The notes under the pieces are model-generated. The model saw nothing but the letters and a program-made list of their open reading frames with translations, had not been told where the DNA came from and searched no databases. DNA of 64,000 nt from positions 1,792,001-1,856,000 of the forward strand of contig CAXXIA010000002.1 in the NCBI GenBank assembly GCA_963666985.2. The letters are read 5' to 3'. Source of the DNA: Spirochaetia bacterium (GTDB lineage Bacteria > Spirochaetota > Spirochaetia > DSM-2461). Positions 10,510-21,978 of this stretch are shown here, one piece after another. Position numbers and translations under genes: made by a program. The stretch's first letter is position 1. Every line of letters starts with the position of its first letter.

Positions 10510-11316
10510 ATGAAAGAAATAATTGAATTCTATAATACATTTAATGAAAGTGGCCGAATCACCGAGGAACAAACACTCGAATACATTCGAACCAAAGAGA
10601 TAATCTCAAGATATCTGGATAATTTCAAAACAGTCTTGGATATAGGAGGTGCCGCCGGTGCATATTCCTTTTGGTTGGCGTCATTAGGTTTCAGTGTAAG
10701 CCTCATTGATATTGTACCCAAGCATATAGAACAAGCAAAAGAATACTCCGCACAGAGTGGTATCACTTTGTCCTCTGCCGAAGTCGGAAACGCTCTTGAA
10801 CTTCCTTATGCAGAAGATTCATATGATATTGTTTTACTGATGGGTCCTTTGTATCACTTGCAAAAAAGGGAAGATCGAATCACTGCGATAAGAGAGGCGA
10901 AACGCGTCCTTCGGCCCAATGGATATCTGTTTATAGCAGCAATAACGAGATTCGCTGGTATATATGATGGCTTTCTACGAGGAATGATCGAAGATGAAAA
11001 GTATTGCAATATCATTAATCGAGATCTCGAAGATGGAAAACATACCCCAGGGAACACAGAATATTTTACAACATCCTTCTTTCATAAACCTGAAGAACTA
11101 TTGAATGAAATTTCTGAAGTTGGTTTTGAACAAAAGAAAATAATTGCAGTAGAAGGTTTTGCTGGCCTTATGCCAAACATTGATGAAAAGCTAAAAGACC
11201 AACAATATCGGGAGAAATTACTAAGCTATCTAAAACGTTTAGAAGAAGAAGAAAGTTTGATGGGGGCATCGATTCATTTCCTTGCCGTATGTCGGGGTAA
11301 GGTAAATATCGCTTAA
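10510..11316 (+). CDS. Class I SAM-dependent methyltransferase
   Basis: VLDIGGAAG, YDIVLLMGPLYHL and RVLRPNG motifs; stop lies inside the R'' box. Confidence 0.9.
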   Translation: MKEIIEFYNTFNESGRITEEQTLEYIRTKEIISRYLDNFKTVLDIGGAAGAYSFWLASLGFSVSLIDIVPKHIEQAKEYSAQSGITLSSAEVGNALELPYAEDSYDIVLLMGPLYHLQKREDRITAIREAKRVLRPNGYLFIAAITRFAGIYDGFLRGMIEDEKYCNIINRDLEDGKHTPGNTEYFTTSFFHKPEELLNEISEVGFEQKKIIAVEGFAGLMPNIDEKLKDQQYREKLLSYLKRLEEEESLMGASIHFLAVCRGKVNIA

Positions 11317-11521
11317 CAGCTGTTGATGCGCTCCGGCCGCTAAAGGTGTTTAGCGGCCTCCGGGGCTCCGCCCAAATTTCGCTTTGACATGGCTCTTGCA
11401 GATGCGTTCCTGAAAGTTGTGTGGTAGTCTGAAGAACGAACGGGCTTTCTGCTAAAAGCAAGAGCGCATGCCAACCGGCTTCGCCGGCCGCGAAACTTCG
11501 CATACCAGCGGGCCGTTAAAG
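11311..11521 (+). repeat. attC site 8
   Basis: Conserved attC arms. Confidence 0.9.
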
Positions 11522-11905
11522 GAAATTGGCAAAAAATGCGATCAAGCCTCGCCCTCGTGGCTCGGCCAGAGGGCAAGAGAATCTAGTAGAAAGATACTGT
11601 CTCGGCTTTTTTGATAAAACAATCAAACCTTTTTGAGTGAATTTCTATATATTAAAAATGCAGATAAGGCAATCTAGTTTTTTTACTTACAAGGATTCAC
11701 TTAACATAAAGAAAATACAACCAATCAGAAAAACAAGACTCCCAATAGATCCTATATAATTATGGAGTCGAATATTATCAATTAAAAAAGTAAGGCTTCC
11801 TACAGAAAATAGAATCCAACCAATTGACTCCAGTTTCTTCTTGTTTTTCAACTAACACCTCGAGTATTCGCTTCAGTAGATTTCACAAATTAATAGAGGG
11901 CTCGG

Positions 11906-12241
11906 TTATTGAGCCAGAACCTTTTGATTTTCGTCCTCTATGGCTTTCTCTACATATTTATTAAGAGAAAGGCCCATCCGTGTTGCTGCAAGAGATGCTT
12001 TACTATGGACTTCAGGATCAGTACGAACAAGAAATCTTCCCGAAAATGGCTTTTCCGGATTCTTTCCCCTCTCAGCACACCAATCCAGATAGAAATCAAC
12101 TGATTCAGCCATTGCCGTTTCCAACGCAGAAACAGATTCACCTTGGAATGTAATGATGTCTTTTAGTCCAACGACTTCACCGTGGAAAATCCTAGCTTCA
12201 TCATCGTATTCCACAACACCGGTATATCCTTTGTAGGTCAT
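11906..12241 (-). CDS. hicB: HicB antitoxin
   Basis: MTYKGY...ITFQGES...PEKPFSGRF. Confidence 0.92.
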   Translation of the reverse strand: MTYKGYTGVVEYDDEARIFHGEVVGLKDIITFQGESVSALETAMAESVDFYLDWCAERGKNPEKPFSGRFLVRTDPEVHSKASLAATRMGLSLNKYVEKAIEDENQKVLAQ

Positions 12242-12492
12242 GGCTTCACTCCCGCATTCATCAGAAACTTACGAATAGATTTCACAGCACCTTTATCCGT
12301 TTCCTTTCTCGGATGAGGTCGATGAACGATGATATCAACATCATTCAACGAGAAACCGACTCTTGAACCCGAACCTTCTTTCTTTTCAGCTCCTAAATGA
12401 ATTAGTAATGCTTCAATATCTCTCCAAGCAATGGATGAAAGTACAGGATCGGTGAAAATTGCTTGAAGGACTTTTCGATGCTTACTGTTCAC
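12238..12492 (-). CDS. hicA: HicA toxin
   Basis: EGSGSRV and HRPHP motifs; overlaps hicB start. Confidence 0.92.
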   Translation of the reverse strand: MNSKHRKVLQAIFTDPVLSSIAWRDIEALLIHLGAEKKEGSGSRVGFSLNDVDIIVHRPHPRKETDKGAVKSIRKFLMNAGVKP

Positions 12493-12626
12493 AAAATAAA
12501 GATATCACATTTTGATATCAGAATCAAGATTGGTAAATATTGCAACTGCTGTTTGAGATATCTTCCACTGGACATCCGTGTCCAGTGGAAGGATGGGGGA
12601 TTGCTTTCGGAATCTCTGCCAACTTC

Positions 12627-12834
12627 CTTTAACAGCTGTTGATGCGCTCCGGCTGATAACGGGGTTATCAGCCTTCGGGGCTTCGCCCAAATTCGTCTTT
12701 GTCAGAGATTTTGCTTGTGTCTCACGTTGTGGTAAGATGAGTAGCAGTTAGCGGATAAGGTTGTGAAGAATCGCAAAATCTCCGCCAACCGCTGGCGCGG
12801 ACGACGAACTTCGCATACCAGCGGGCCGTTAAGT
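12627..12834 (+). repeat. attC site 9
   Basis: Conserved attC arms. Confidence 0.9.
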
Positions 12835-12869
12835 GAATAGCCGAAATAATTAAAAGAGGTTGAACAATA

Positions 12870-14684
12870 ATGAATACACAAATTAATAAAATTATTAAAG
12901 AATACCTCAATCGTTCAGATGTAGATTTTGCCCTATTGATCAATGGAACATGGGGATGCGGAAAAACATATTATGTAAATAACGAAATGAGGTCATTGAT
13001 AGAAAAATCAAATAAACAAATCATTTACACATCACTAAATGGATATAGCGATTTTAACAGGTTGAAGCGTAGAATAACCTTTCAATTGCTTTACCGAAAT
13101 AAATCGGTTGATCAAGATTTAATAGATGGTCTTTTTGAAATTGGAGATAATATCCCACGGATAGGTTCTGCATTCAAAATTCTAAAAACAGCAAAAGACC
13201 TTATTGAATCAAAGAAAATTGAATCAGTAGACATTTCAGAGACTGTATTTGTTTTTGATGACTTAGAAAGAATCTCTGAAAGGGCTAACACGAAAGATTT
13301 CATCGGTCAAATTTATGAAAATTATACAAAAAAGGGCGGCAAGACCATTTTTGTGGCTGATGAAAAAAATATACGGGATGAGGATTATCATAGAATTAAA
13401 GAGAAAACAATACGAACAACAATTCAGTACACGCCTGATCACGAAAAACAATTAGCAAACTTTTTAGCACATTTTAGAGCAAAAAATAAGAATGTAAATA
13501 TTACTGAAATGCAGGGGACATTTATTGAATTGTTGAAGAAACTTGAAATTCGAAATATACGAACCGTTTCCTTTGTTCTGGATAATTTCCAAACCTGCAT
13601 TTCCGTTTTAAACAAAGAACAAACCGATAAGTATGGTAAATTCATATTTGAGAATATTGGAATTTTAACATCGGAAGTAACACTTGGAGAACTGACCACT
13701 AAAAACCTTGTTGATAAGAAGGAACTTGATAGAATAACGTCCAACCCGTTCTTTTGGGATTTACACAATAAAAAGGAAGAAGAAAAAACCTATGTTGAAA
13801 ATTTCTATGAACACTATAATCAGAGTCTCGGACTTCAGTATATATTTTTTGAATCTCTGTTTGACTATATTCTTACCGGTTACTTTGACCAAGAAAAATT
13901 TGTAAAAGAGTTGGAATACACATTTGAATCAAGTAAAAAACCAGAGGAAGAAGCGGCAATAGATTTTCTTGGAAACTTTAGAGAACTTGAGCATGATCAG
14001 CTTAAATATGGCCTTGAGAATCTTGTGAAATTTCTAGAAGAGGGTGTCTATCATTTATCAAAACTACCTCACCTTTACACTATGCTTTGCTTTTTCAAAG
14101 AACGTGAATACTTAGTTGGTTGGAAATGGAACATTGAAGACATAATTAATCGTGCTTTTCAAAAATCAGAACAGGATACAAAAAAAATACCAGCTGAGAT
14201 TGATCTTGAGATGGGGTTTCATGTTTTTGACGAAAGGCAAAAGAATAATGATTTCTATAAAGAATTGATTAAAAGAATAAGGGATAAATCGGAAGAGAAG
14301 AAATTCGATAATCGGAAAGAAAAAGTGAATATTATTTTTGATAAAGCTAAAAAAAATGAAAGATTCATTGACGACCTGAGAGAGTATGAACATTCAAAGC
14401 TTTTCGGCGATATTGTTGAGACGGGAGCGACTACTAGATTTTTTGACTTAAGTAACAAAGGAATACATGATTTTGAAGCTTATCTCTATAGTGAAATACT
14501 GCAGATCAGTAATGCTGGGCAATATGGATCTAGTCAGAAAGAGCCGCTTCAGGAGATTGTAAGAACATTATCAGAGGGAATATCAAACAGTAAATACGAC
14601 TCAATGCGAGTAAAGCGATTTGAGGAATTAATTGATTATATGAGTAGGGCTATTGCTCATCTTGAGAAAACTAAATCCGGTTGA
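12870..14684 (+). CDS. KAP-family P-loop NTPase
   Basis: ALLINGTWGCGKT, FVFDDLERI and NIRT motifs. Confidence 0.85.
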   Translation: MNTQINKIIKEYLNRSDVDFALLINGTWGCGKTYYVNNEMRSLIEKSNKQIIYTSLNGYSDFNRLKRRITFQLLYRNKSVDQDLIDGLFEIGDNIPRIGSAFKILKTAKDLIESKKIESVDISETVFVFDDLERISERANTKDFIGQIYENYTKKGGKTIFVADEKNIRDEDYHRIKEKTIRTTIQYTPDHEKQLANFLAHFRAKNKNVNITEMQGTFIELLKKLEIRNIRTVSFVLDNFQTCISVLNKEQTDKYGKFIFENIGILTSEVTLGELTTKNLVDKKELDRITSNPFFWDLHNKKEEEKTYVENFYEHYNQSLGLQYIFFESLFDYILTGYFDQEKFVKELEYTFESSKKPEEEAAIDFLGNFRELEHDQLKYGLENLVKFLEEGVYHLSKLPHLYTMLCFFKEREYLVGWKWNIEDIINRAFQKSEQDTKKIPAEIDLEMGFHVFDERQKNNDFYKELIKRIRDKSEEKKFDNRKEKVNIIFDKAKKNERFIDDLREYEHSKLFGDIVETGATTRFFDLSNKGIHDFEAYLYSEILQISNAGQYGSSQKEPLQEIVRTLSEGISNSKYDSMRVKRFEELIDYMSRAIAHLEKTKSG

Positions 14685-14695
14685 TTTGGCTATTC

Positions 14696-14903
14696 ACTTA
14701 ACAGCTGTTGATGCGCTCCGGCGTCAACTAGCGTTGACGTCTCCGGGGCTTCGCCCAAATTGAGCTTTGGCCTGCCATTTGCATTTATCAGTAAGCTACA
14801 AGTCATGCTACAATGCTTCATGCATTGGCCGATCGGCTGATGGCAAATGGCCGGCCAACTCCTGCGGAGTCGCTCAACTTCGCATAACAGCGGAACGTTA
14901 GCT
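14696..14903 (+). repeat. attC site 10 (divergent interior)
   Basis: Conserved ends with a unique internal arm. Confidence 0.88.
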
Positions 14904-14915
14904 GAAATCCTAAAA

Positions 14916-14955
14916 TTGACACTCAAGACATTTTGTATTACACTGCGTAATACAA
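14916..14955 (+). promoter_or_regulatory. vapBC promoter/operator
   Basis: TTGACA-17-TACACT; TTGTATTAC-5-GTAATACAA palindrome. Confidence 0.7.
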
Positions 14956-14971
14956 GCAAGGAGTGTTGAAG

Positions 14972-15220
14972 ATGCTTACTATTCGACTTCCCGAAGAAAT
15001 AGAATCACAGCTTGAGCTTATTACCACCTTGGAACATAAAACAAAGACGGAAATTATGAGGTCTGCACTTTCGGAATATCTCGGTAAACGACTTCCTGAG
15101 AAATCAGCGTATGAACTTGGAAAAGATTTTTTCGGTAAACATTCCAGTGATAATGGGGATCTCTCGACAACTTACAAAGACCGTTTGAAAAAGAAGCTCC
15201 ATGAAAAACATTCTCATTGA
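14972..15220 (+). CDS. RHH/CopG antitoxin (VapB-like)
   Basis: MLTIRLPEE...KTEIMRSAL; AGGAG RBS before ATG 14972 (track start 14963). Confidence 0.85.
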   Translation: MLTIRLPEEIESQLELITTLEHKTKTEIMRSALSEYLGKRLPEKSAYELGKDFFGKHSSDNGDLSTTYKDRLKKKLHEKHSH

Positions 15221-15611
15221 CGCCGGTCCGCTTATTGCCCTCTTTGATAAAAAAGATCGATATCACGAAAAAGCCGTTGAATATCTTCGGAACAGTTCTG
15301 ATCGTTTTGTAACTTCATGGCCTGTCCTCACAGAAGTTAGTCATATGCTGGATTTTTCTGTAGAAGCCCAAATTGATTTTCTTCGATGGTGTGAAAGAGG
15401 TGGATTAAGGATCGTAGACATCAAAGAGGATGAACTTAATCGTATTATTCAATTAACACAAACATATTCCAATGTCCCAATGGATTTGGCGGAATCCACA
15501 CTTGTCGTTTTAGCTGAACGACTTGGTATCAAAGAGATCGTTACGATAGACTCGGACTACTATGTTTACAGAACAGAGCGTAAAGAAATCCTTACGAATG
15601 TGTTTCTTTGA
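15201..15611 (+). CDS. vapC: PIN-domain toxin (VapC)
   Basis: ILIDAGPL, VLTE, MDLA and TIDSD motifs. Confidence 0.9.
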   Translation: MKNILIDAGPLIALFDKKDRYHEKAVEYLRNSSDRFVTSWPVLTEVSHMLDFSVEAQIDFLRWCERGGLRIVDIKEDELNRIIQLTQTYSNVPMDLAESTLVVLAERLGIKEIVTIDSDYYVYRTERKEILTNVFL

Positions 15612-15679
15612 ATTAAATTGAAATATTTTCAGATGCCAACATTTTAAGAAGATCTAATACGATTTTTTGCAGGAAACAA

Positions 15680-16120
15680 ATGATACGAAATCTTCAGGAA
15701 GAGGAATATTCAGTTTGGTTGGAGCTCGCTAAAGAAGTAGAGCCTCTTTTTGGCCCCATGGTACAAGAAGTTGATTTTCAAAGCGGAATAAGAAAAAGCA
15801 TAAGAAGTGGTAATGCTTTCTGTGTCACTAGCGAAGAAGATATCGTAGTTGGAATTGTTGCCATTGATAGAATAAACCGTGAGATTGTCTGGTTGGCAGT
15901 GAAGAGAGAATTCAGAAATAATCATTTTGGTGAAAGACTGATACAAAAGGCAATAAAAGAATTGGGCGAGGATAGAAAAATCCATGTCCAGACTTTTGCT
16001 CCGGGAATTGAAGTTGGAGAAAGTGCCCGGCGTCTTTATCAAAAGTTTGGATTTGTTGATTTTAAAGAGACAGGAAAGAATCCAGCGGGAAAAGAAACAA
16101 TCAAAATGGTTAGGATTTAG
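15680..16120 (+). CDS. GNAT N-acetyltransferase
   Basis: LAV..FRNNHFG and ARRLYQKFGF motifs. Confidence 0.88.
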   Translation: MIRNLQEEEYSVWLELAKEVEPLFGPMVQEVDFQSGIRKSIRSGNAFCVTSEEDIVVGIVAIDRINREIVWLAVKREFRNNHFGERLIQKAIKELGEDRKIHVQTFAPGIEVGESARRLYQKFGFVDFKETGKNPAGKETIKMVRI

Positions 16121-16177
16121 GTTATTTCCAGTCTGTGATTAAGGTCTTACTAATCAATGAAATGTGGAAAGGATTTC

Positions 16178-16385
16178 AGCTAACAGCTGTTGATGCGCTC
16201 CGGCCGCTAAAAGTGTTTAGCAGCCTCCGGGGCTTCGCCCAAATTTGCCTCTGTCACAGATTTTGCGTAAGGCTAGAGCTGTGCTAAAATGAGTTGCAGT
16301 TGGCGGATGATGGTGTAAAGATTCGCAAAATCTCCGCCAGTCGCTTCGCGAGCGGCAAACTTCGCATACCAGCGGAACGTTTTAT
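16178..16385 (+). repeat. attC site 11
   Basis: Conserved attC arms. Confidence 0.9.
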
Positions 16386-16517
16386 GAAAAAGCTAATCGA
16401 TTTAGATTACTTTAAAGCCTTCGACAGTACCTTTTCGGGCTTAGAAGACTTTCTTTCAGACTTAAAGCCACCCCTTAAGAGGTGGCTTCTCATAGTAAGC
16501 CATTTATATTCTAATTG

Positions 16518-17153
16518 CTAAATTTTGAATCCATAAGAAATATCAATATTTATAGATTCAAAATATGTATTATAGTCTTCATATTGTGTTGTTAAATCTG
16601 TACGGTAACGTAAACCGATATCAAGAGAGCCAGCATCGGTTGGAATGATGATACCAGCACCAAGACCTATTCCAATGAGGAATAAGGATCCATCCGAATC
16701 TTTAATGCTATATTCAGTTTCGTTATCTTCTGAGTCTGACCATTTGTATTTATCAAAGAAAATGTTGAAATCAAGGCCTGCTAATGCATAGATTCCGAAT
16801 TTTTCCAGATCGTATTGAAATCTCCCGTAAACAGGGATTTCTATTGAATTCATAACCCATTGATGCCAATAGTCAGAATAGTCGGTGTCCGTCATTCGTA
16901 TCGCTTGATGGACAAAAAGAGCTTCTACCTGCATTCCGAGCATAGGTGTAAACTGAAGTCTTGCAAATCCACCACCAGCAAAACTCAAGCTTAGTCTATC
17001 CTGCCAATTTTCACTATCTTTCCTAGCTTCCCAGTCGGCGCCTCTATAACTTGCATCACTAATAATAATTTTGGGGCCAACGAAGATATCCACTGCCGAT
17101 AAAGAAGAAGCCGCAATAAAGACACCGAGTAGAACAAAGAGGGCTTTTTTCAT
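16518..17153 (-). CDS. Outer-membrane beta-barrel (porin-family) protein
   Basis: Signal peptide, alternating beta-strand pattern, aromatic C-terminal strand SYGFKI. Confidence 0.75.
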   Translation of the reverse strand: MKKALFVLLGVFIAASSLSAVDIFVGPKIIISDASYRGADWEARKDSENWQDRLSLSFAGGGFARLQFTPMLGMQVEALFVHQAIRMTDTDYSDYWHQWVMNSIEIPVYGRFQYDLEKFGIYALAGLDFNIFFDKYKWSDSEDNETEYSIKDSDGSLFLIGIGLGAGIIIPTDAGSLDIGLRYRTDLTTQYEDYNTYFESINIDISYGFKI

Positions 17154-17290
17154 TATAACTTCCTTAAATCTGAATACTTTGTATAATTCATATCAATTAA
17201 GGTGCCTTAATGTAAAGCCTTATTCATTATTTTTTGCTATTGAAAACAGAGAGATAATCGGAGAATATGATGGTTTATCACAGCTTCTTC

Positions 17291-17498
17291 ATAAAACAGC
17301 TGTTAATGCGCTCCGGCCGCTAAAAGTGTTTAGCGGCCTGCGGGGCTTCGCCCAAATTTGCCTCTGTCACAGATTTTGCGTAAGTCTGTCTCTGTGGTAA
17401 GATGAGTTACAGTTAGCGGTTGAGGTTGTGAATAATCGCAAAATCTCCGCCAGTCGCTTCGCGAACGGCAAACTTCGCATACCAGCGGAACGTTTAAC
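17291..17498 (+). repeat. attC site 12
   Basis: Conserved attC arms. Confidence 0.9.
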
Positions 17499-17761
17499 GA
17501 AAAAGTCCAGGAGGCCATTCACCGTGGCGGCGTCCATGCCGCCACGAATTTGATCATTTAAATCGTCTAGAACCAATTTTTAGTTGAAGGGACAATAACT
17601 CTATATCTATTATCGTTGAGTGAAATAGCCATAAATCGAATTAATTGATAGTTCAGTTAAACCAACTACTACTTCTGAGATAGCTTCAAAAAGGAGTTCA
17701 CAGCAATGAAATACCTTCACTTAATATTTCCATTTATATTGGAAAAGGAAACGAATTAATT

Positions 17762-18583
17762 ATGGAGTTAAGGGAAATAGTAGAAAAGATAGAATTACCA
17801 ACAAGTGTTATAGAGGTTGTGTTGTCTTTCGAAAAGGAATTTCATTGGAAAGAAATCCAATCATTCTTCAAAACTATTCATAATCCAGATACCTGGAAGC
17901 AAAGTGTAAATGAAATCGAAATTGAGTTGGGTGATGACCCAAATGGTCTAAAAATGCTTACGTTTATGCTCTTGTGTGCGGCAGAATCTATTGAAGAATA
18001 TCGAAAAAAGGGTATCAGTGATGAGATCTTCATAGACACAATGAGATTTTGCACTAGATTTACGAAAGAGCACCACCAGATTTATGGACATTACGCCTTT
18101 ACGTGGGGTTGGTGGCTTCCAAGGCAGATATCTCTTCATGAATTTAGAATCGGTACGCTTGAATATGAAATGATAATGAAAGACGGAGAGAAAAAGATAA
18201 ACATTCATATCCCGTCAGATGCCGATATCGACAAGGAAAACTTAGGAAAATCCTATCAAAGTGCAAGAGCTTTCTTCAGTAAATATTTCCCAGAGTATAG
18301 TGATGCTAGTATGGTGTGCGAATCTTGGATGCTTGCACCAAAGTTGCAGGAAATACTCCCTGAAGCTTCGAATATCATTGGTTTCCAGAAAGCATTCGAA
18401 ATAGTGCGGATAGATGAAGAAAGTAACGGATGCCTCAGATGGGTATACGGAAGGGATGATATTCCGTTTTCAGAATTGTCAGAAAAAACTTCACTGCAGA
18501 GGAATATCAAGAAGCTATTATTACAAGGTGAAAGGATAGGTGAAGCATTTGGAATACTGAAGGAGAATCCCTGGAATAAGTAA
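17762..18583 (+). CDS. GNAT-like acyltransferase domain protein (DUF5596-like)
   Basis: FRIGTLEYE, IHIP, CESWML, SNIIGFQ and TSLQR motifs. Confidence 0.7.
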   Translation: MELREIVEKIELPTSVIEVVLSFEKEFHWKEIQSFFKTIHNPDTWKQSVNEIEIELGDDPNGLKMLTFMLLCAAESIEEYRKKGISDEIFIDTMRFCTRFTKEHHQIYGHYAFTWGWWLPRQISLHEFRIGTLEYEMIMKDGEKKINIHIPSDADIDKENLGKSYQSARAFFSKYFPEYSDASMVCESWMLAPKLQEILPEASNIIGFQKAFEIVRIDEESNGCLRWVYGRDDIPFSELSEKTSLQRNIKKLLLQGERIGEAFGILKENPWNK

Positions 18584-18655
18584 AGATGAAAGTGAAAGCA
18601 TCTGAATCACGTCCTGTGATTCAGATGCAGTTTTGGGGTCTAGCAGGACTTCTTC

Positions 18656-18868
18656 GTTAAACAGCTGTTGATGCGCTCCGGCGTCAACTGGCGTTGCCGC
18701 CTCCGGGGCTTCGCCCAAATTTCGCTTTGGCTATGGCTCTTGCAGATGCAGCCTCAAAAGTGTTGTGATACCATCAAAGGCGAGCAAGGCATTGCTGTAA
18801 AAGTGCAAGAGCGCATGCCAACCGGCTTCGCCGGGCGCGAAACTTCGCATAACAGCAGAACGTTAAAT
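18656..18868 (+). repeat. attC site 13
   Basis: Conserved attC arms. Confidence 0.9.
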
Positions 18869-19963
18869 GAAATAAAAAGGCAAAACTGAGCGACCAGGAC
18901 ATCCTTTACATTTTAGGTTCAGGACATCGTTTACACAAAACAAGCTTAAACGAAGCATTTGAATCCATCAACTGAAGGGAGAAAGGCATAGGTTTTCAAA
19001 TCAATTTCTCCCAATCTGAGATTGTCAAACCATACGGTGAAGCTCTCATCCTCATTCTCCCGAAGTCCAACTTGGTATCCTGAAAAGACATAACTGACAA
19101 AGACTCTATGCCTGTCGATAGTAACGGCTCCCCGATTATTCACCATTCTCACCAGATACCCGGCCGGGTAGATCACCTGAGGGATTCGAGGAGGGAAAGG
19201 CCGATTGGACTTTGTGTAAATACTTCCGGGAGTCTGCATTTTGAGAGCTTCATGCGGACGAACACTGTTGAATTGATTTCTCCAAACATCAAAGTGTGCC
19301 TGATGTTCTGAGAGGTTCCCTTGAATCTGTCCCTGCAATTCGCGTTTGATATCGGCATGCATTCTTTCATGCCCTCCGTTTTCACAAGGCCTTCCTGGAG
19401 TGATGCGATCAAGTTCAATTCCCAAGGCCAGCCACCAAACACTTAAGCGGGTGAGTCCGAGTAATCCCTTCATGGAAGCAAAGGGTGGTCCGTTATCGGA
19501 GCGGATTACCCGAGGGATTCCATAGAGAGAAAAGAGCTTTTCGAACTCTGTTCTAACTTCTTGTGTGTCAGCCTTTTGGAGAGCTTTGATGGTGAAGATG
19601 TATTTGGAGTATTCATCCCGAACCGTCAGAGGTTCACACTTTTCATTATCGGGAGTGTACCACCATCCTTTGAAGTCGACCGTCCAGATATCATTAGGGG
19701 CTTTGGCCTGCAGATGTGTTTGGATTCGGCTGCCTTTGGTCTGCTGCCGTTTCTTTCGATGATGAACCAGTCCTGCTTTATCAAGGATGCGTTTGACGGT
19801 GGTGAGGCTTGGGGGATTATTATGAGGATGGGTCTTCTGGTGTCAGCACCGGTGATAAATTTCCTGAAAACACCGGAATAAGATTTCCGGTTTTGAGCCA
19901 ATAAAAACGGGCGAGTATCCCTAAGATGGAGTAACCATACACCCATCGAAAAGGACACTGCCC

Positions 19964-21217
19964 GTGAAGCTCCAGGAGAAACGCATGCACCAGGCTCAAG
20001 TGCTGGCCAAGGAAGGGTACAAGCAGTACCGAATCGCCGAAATACTCGGCGTTACCGACCGAACGGTTCGAAATTACCTCAGCGGACACAGTCCCAAAAT
20101 GAGCCCCAGGAAGAAACGGAAGAGCAAGCTCGACCACTTCAAATCCCATATTCGCAGTGTACTTGAGGAGGAACCGCTCTTCAATTGCGAGGTGCTTTAT
20201 AAGAATCTTTGCGCCATGGGTTACACCGGAGGAATCACCATCCTCCGTGATTTCGCCAAAGAGACCCGAGATGAGATTCAGAGAGAAGTAGTTCGCCGCT
20301 TCGAAACCCAGGCCGGCTACCAGGCACAGATGGACTGGAAGATATTGCCGAAGGAACACTGGCGAGGCGTCTACGCCTTCGTCATGGTCCTCGGCTACAG
20401 CCGGACTCCCTATGTGAGATTCACCACCGATATGACCAGCGGCACACTGCTGGCCTGCCACCAGAAAGCCTTTGAGTATTTTGGCGGTGTTCCTCAGACT
20501 GTATTGTACGACAACATGAAAACAGCATGGGTCCACGACGGAGAAGAGTGGAAGACCAACTCCCGGTTACTGGAGTTCGCTTCCTCCTACGGTTTCTCTC
20601 CAAGACGATGCGCCGTCAGGCGTCCCCAGACCAAAGGAAAAGTAGAGAGGTTCATCGACTACCTTTCGGGTAACTTCCTTTCTCAGGCACGGCGTAGTGG
20701 CCTGAAGACGATCGAAGAACTCAATGACGCCATTCTGCCCTGGCTGACTGAAGTTCAGCAGAAAGAGCTCCGGGACTACCAGGAAAGTCGTGCCCAGCGA
20801 TATGAGGTGGAGAAATCCTTCCTGCAACCGGCACCGCCAGAGGGAGCTTTTGACTACCGTGACAGCATTCAGCTCATTGTCAGTCGAGAAGGCTCAGTCA
20901 CCTACAAGACTAACAAGTACAGCGTGCCGCCTGTATTGGTTGGTAAGAAGCTGACGCTGAAAATCGATGCGCTTTCCATGCAGGGGGAAATCCTCAATGG
21001 GAAGGTTTCCATACGGCTATTCAATCTCCTTCCAGCTGGCTCCCGGCAGAAGGATATCCGCAATGAAGATCGGGAAGCACTCTTTACCCTGTGGGAGAAG
21101 CAGCGTAAGAAGTCGGCGAAAAAACCAGTCCGGAAGCAACAAGATGAGCAGACCATCGTCGATATCAGAAATCCTGCCTACTATGAGCGCTTTGTCGCTG
21201 TGGGAGTCTCGGTATGA
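19964..21217 (+). CDS. istA: IS21 transposase IstA
   Basis: RFET..GYQAQMDW, YDNMKT and PQTKGKVER motifs. Confidence 0.95.
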   Translation: MKLQEKRMHQAQVLAKEGYKQYRIAEILGVTDRTVRNYLSGHSPKMSPRKKRKSKLDHFKSHIRSVLEEEPLFNCEVLYKNLCAMGYTGGITILRDFAKETRDEIQREVVRRFETQAGYQAQMDWKILPKEHWRGVYAFVMVLGYSRTPYVRFTTDMTSGTLLACHQKAFEYFGGVPQTVLYDNMKTAWVHDGEEWKTNSRLLEFASSYGFSPRRCAVRRPQTKGKVERFIDYLSGNFLSQARRSGLKTIEELNDAILPWLTEVQQKELRDYQESRAQRYEVEKSFLQPAPPEGAFDYRDSIQLIVSREGSVTYKTNKYSVPPVLVGKKLTLKIDALSMQGEILNGKVSIRLFNLLPAGSRQKDIRNEDREALFTLWEKQRKKSAKKPVRKQQDEQTIVDIRNPAYYERFVAVGVSV

Positions 21218-21978
21218 ATATCAAACTTGAGACCGTCACCGAGAGAATGAATTCGCTGGGTATGAGTTTCATGTCCGCAGGACTGGAATCCTTCCTGGCA
21301 GAACCCCGCCGGCAGGAACAGACGGTACTGGATATCGTTGCCGACTTGATGGAACTTGAATACATCCCCCGTAAAGAACGGAGCGCCAAGAGCCGCTTGA
21401 AGCTTTCAGGAATGCCGGCAGTGAAAAGGCTGGAAGACTTCGACAGGGGGTGGCTCAAAGGTGGTATCACCAACCGCCAGTTTGACGAGCTCTCCTCTCT
21501 GGCCTTCATCGAGCGAAAGGAGAACGTCATTCTCATGGGTCCCAGCGGCCTGGGAAAATCTCATCTGATGCTGGCCCTGGGGCACAAGGCCTGCATGGAG
21601 GGATTCACCACCTACCATACCACCTGCATCGACCTCATTGAGAACCTGGTTCTTGCCCGAGAGAACAACCGGCTCAAGCGTCGGCTGGTATGGCTCCGAA
21701 AACCGCACCTGCTTCTCATCGATGAAGTCGGTTACGAGAAGCTGACACCCGAACAGGCTAATCTTTTCTTCCAGGTTGTGAATGCCCGGTATGAACAGGG
21801 GAGTATGATCATTACGACGAACAAGCCATTTGGCAGATGGGCGGAGATAATGAGTGATGAGGCTGTTGCCAGTGCAACCCTGGACCGTCTGCTTCACCAT
21901 GCTCATATCCTGAGTCTTCAAGGAGACTCGTACCGAATGAAGGATCGGTTGAAAGCGGGAGTCGTTGACTTCCTTTGA
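21214..21978 (+). CDS. istB: IS21 helper ATPase IstB
   Basis: GPSGLGKSHL, LIDEVGY, LDRLLHH and GDSYR motifs. Confidence 0.95.
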   Translation: MNIKLETVTERMNSLGMSFMSAGLESFLAEPRRQEQTVLDIVADLMELEYIPRKERSAKSRLKLSGMPAVKRLEDFDRGWLKGGITNRQFDELSSLAFIERKENVILMGPSGLGKSHLMLALGHKACMEGFTTYHTTCIDLIENLVLARENNRLKRRLVWLRKPHLLLIDEVGYEKLTPEQANLFFQVVNARYEQGSMIITTNKPFGRWAEIMSDEAVASATLDRLLHHAHILSLQGDSYRMKDRLKAGVVDFL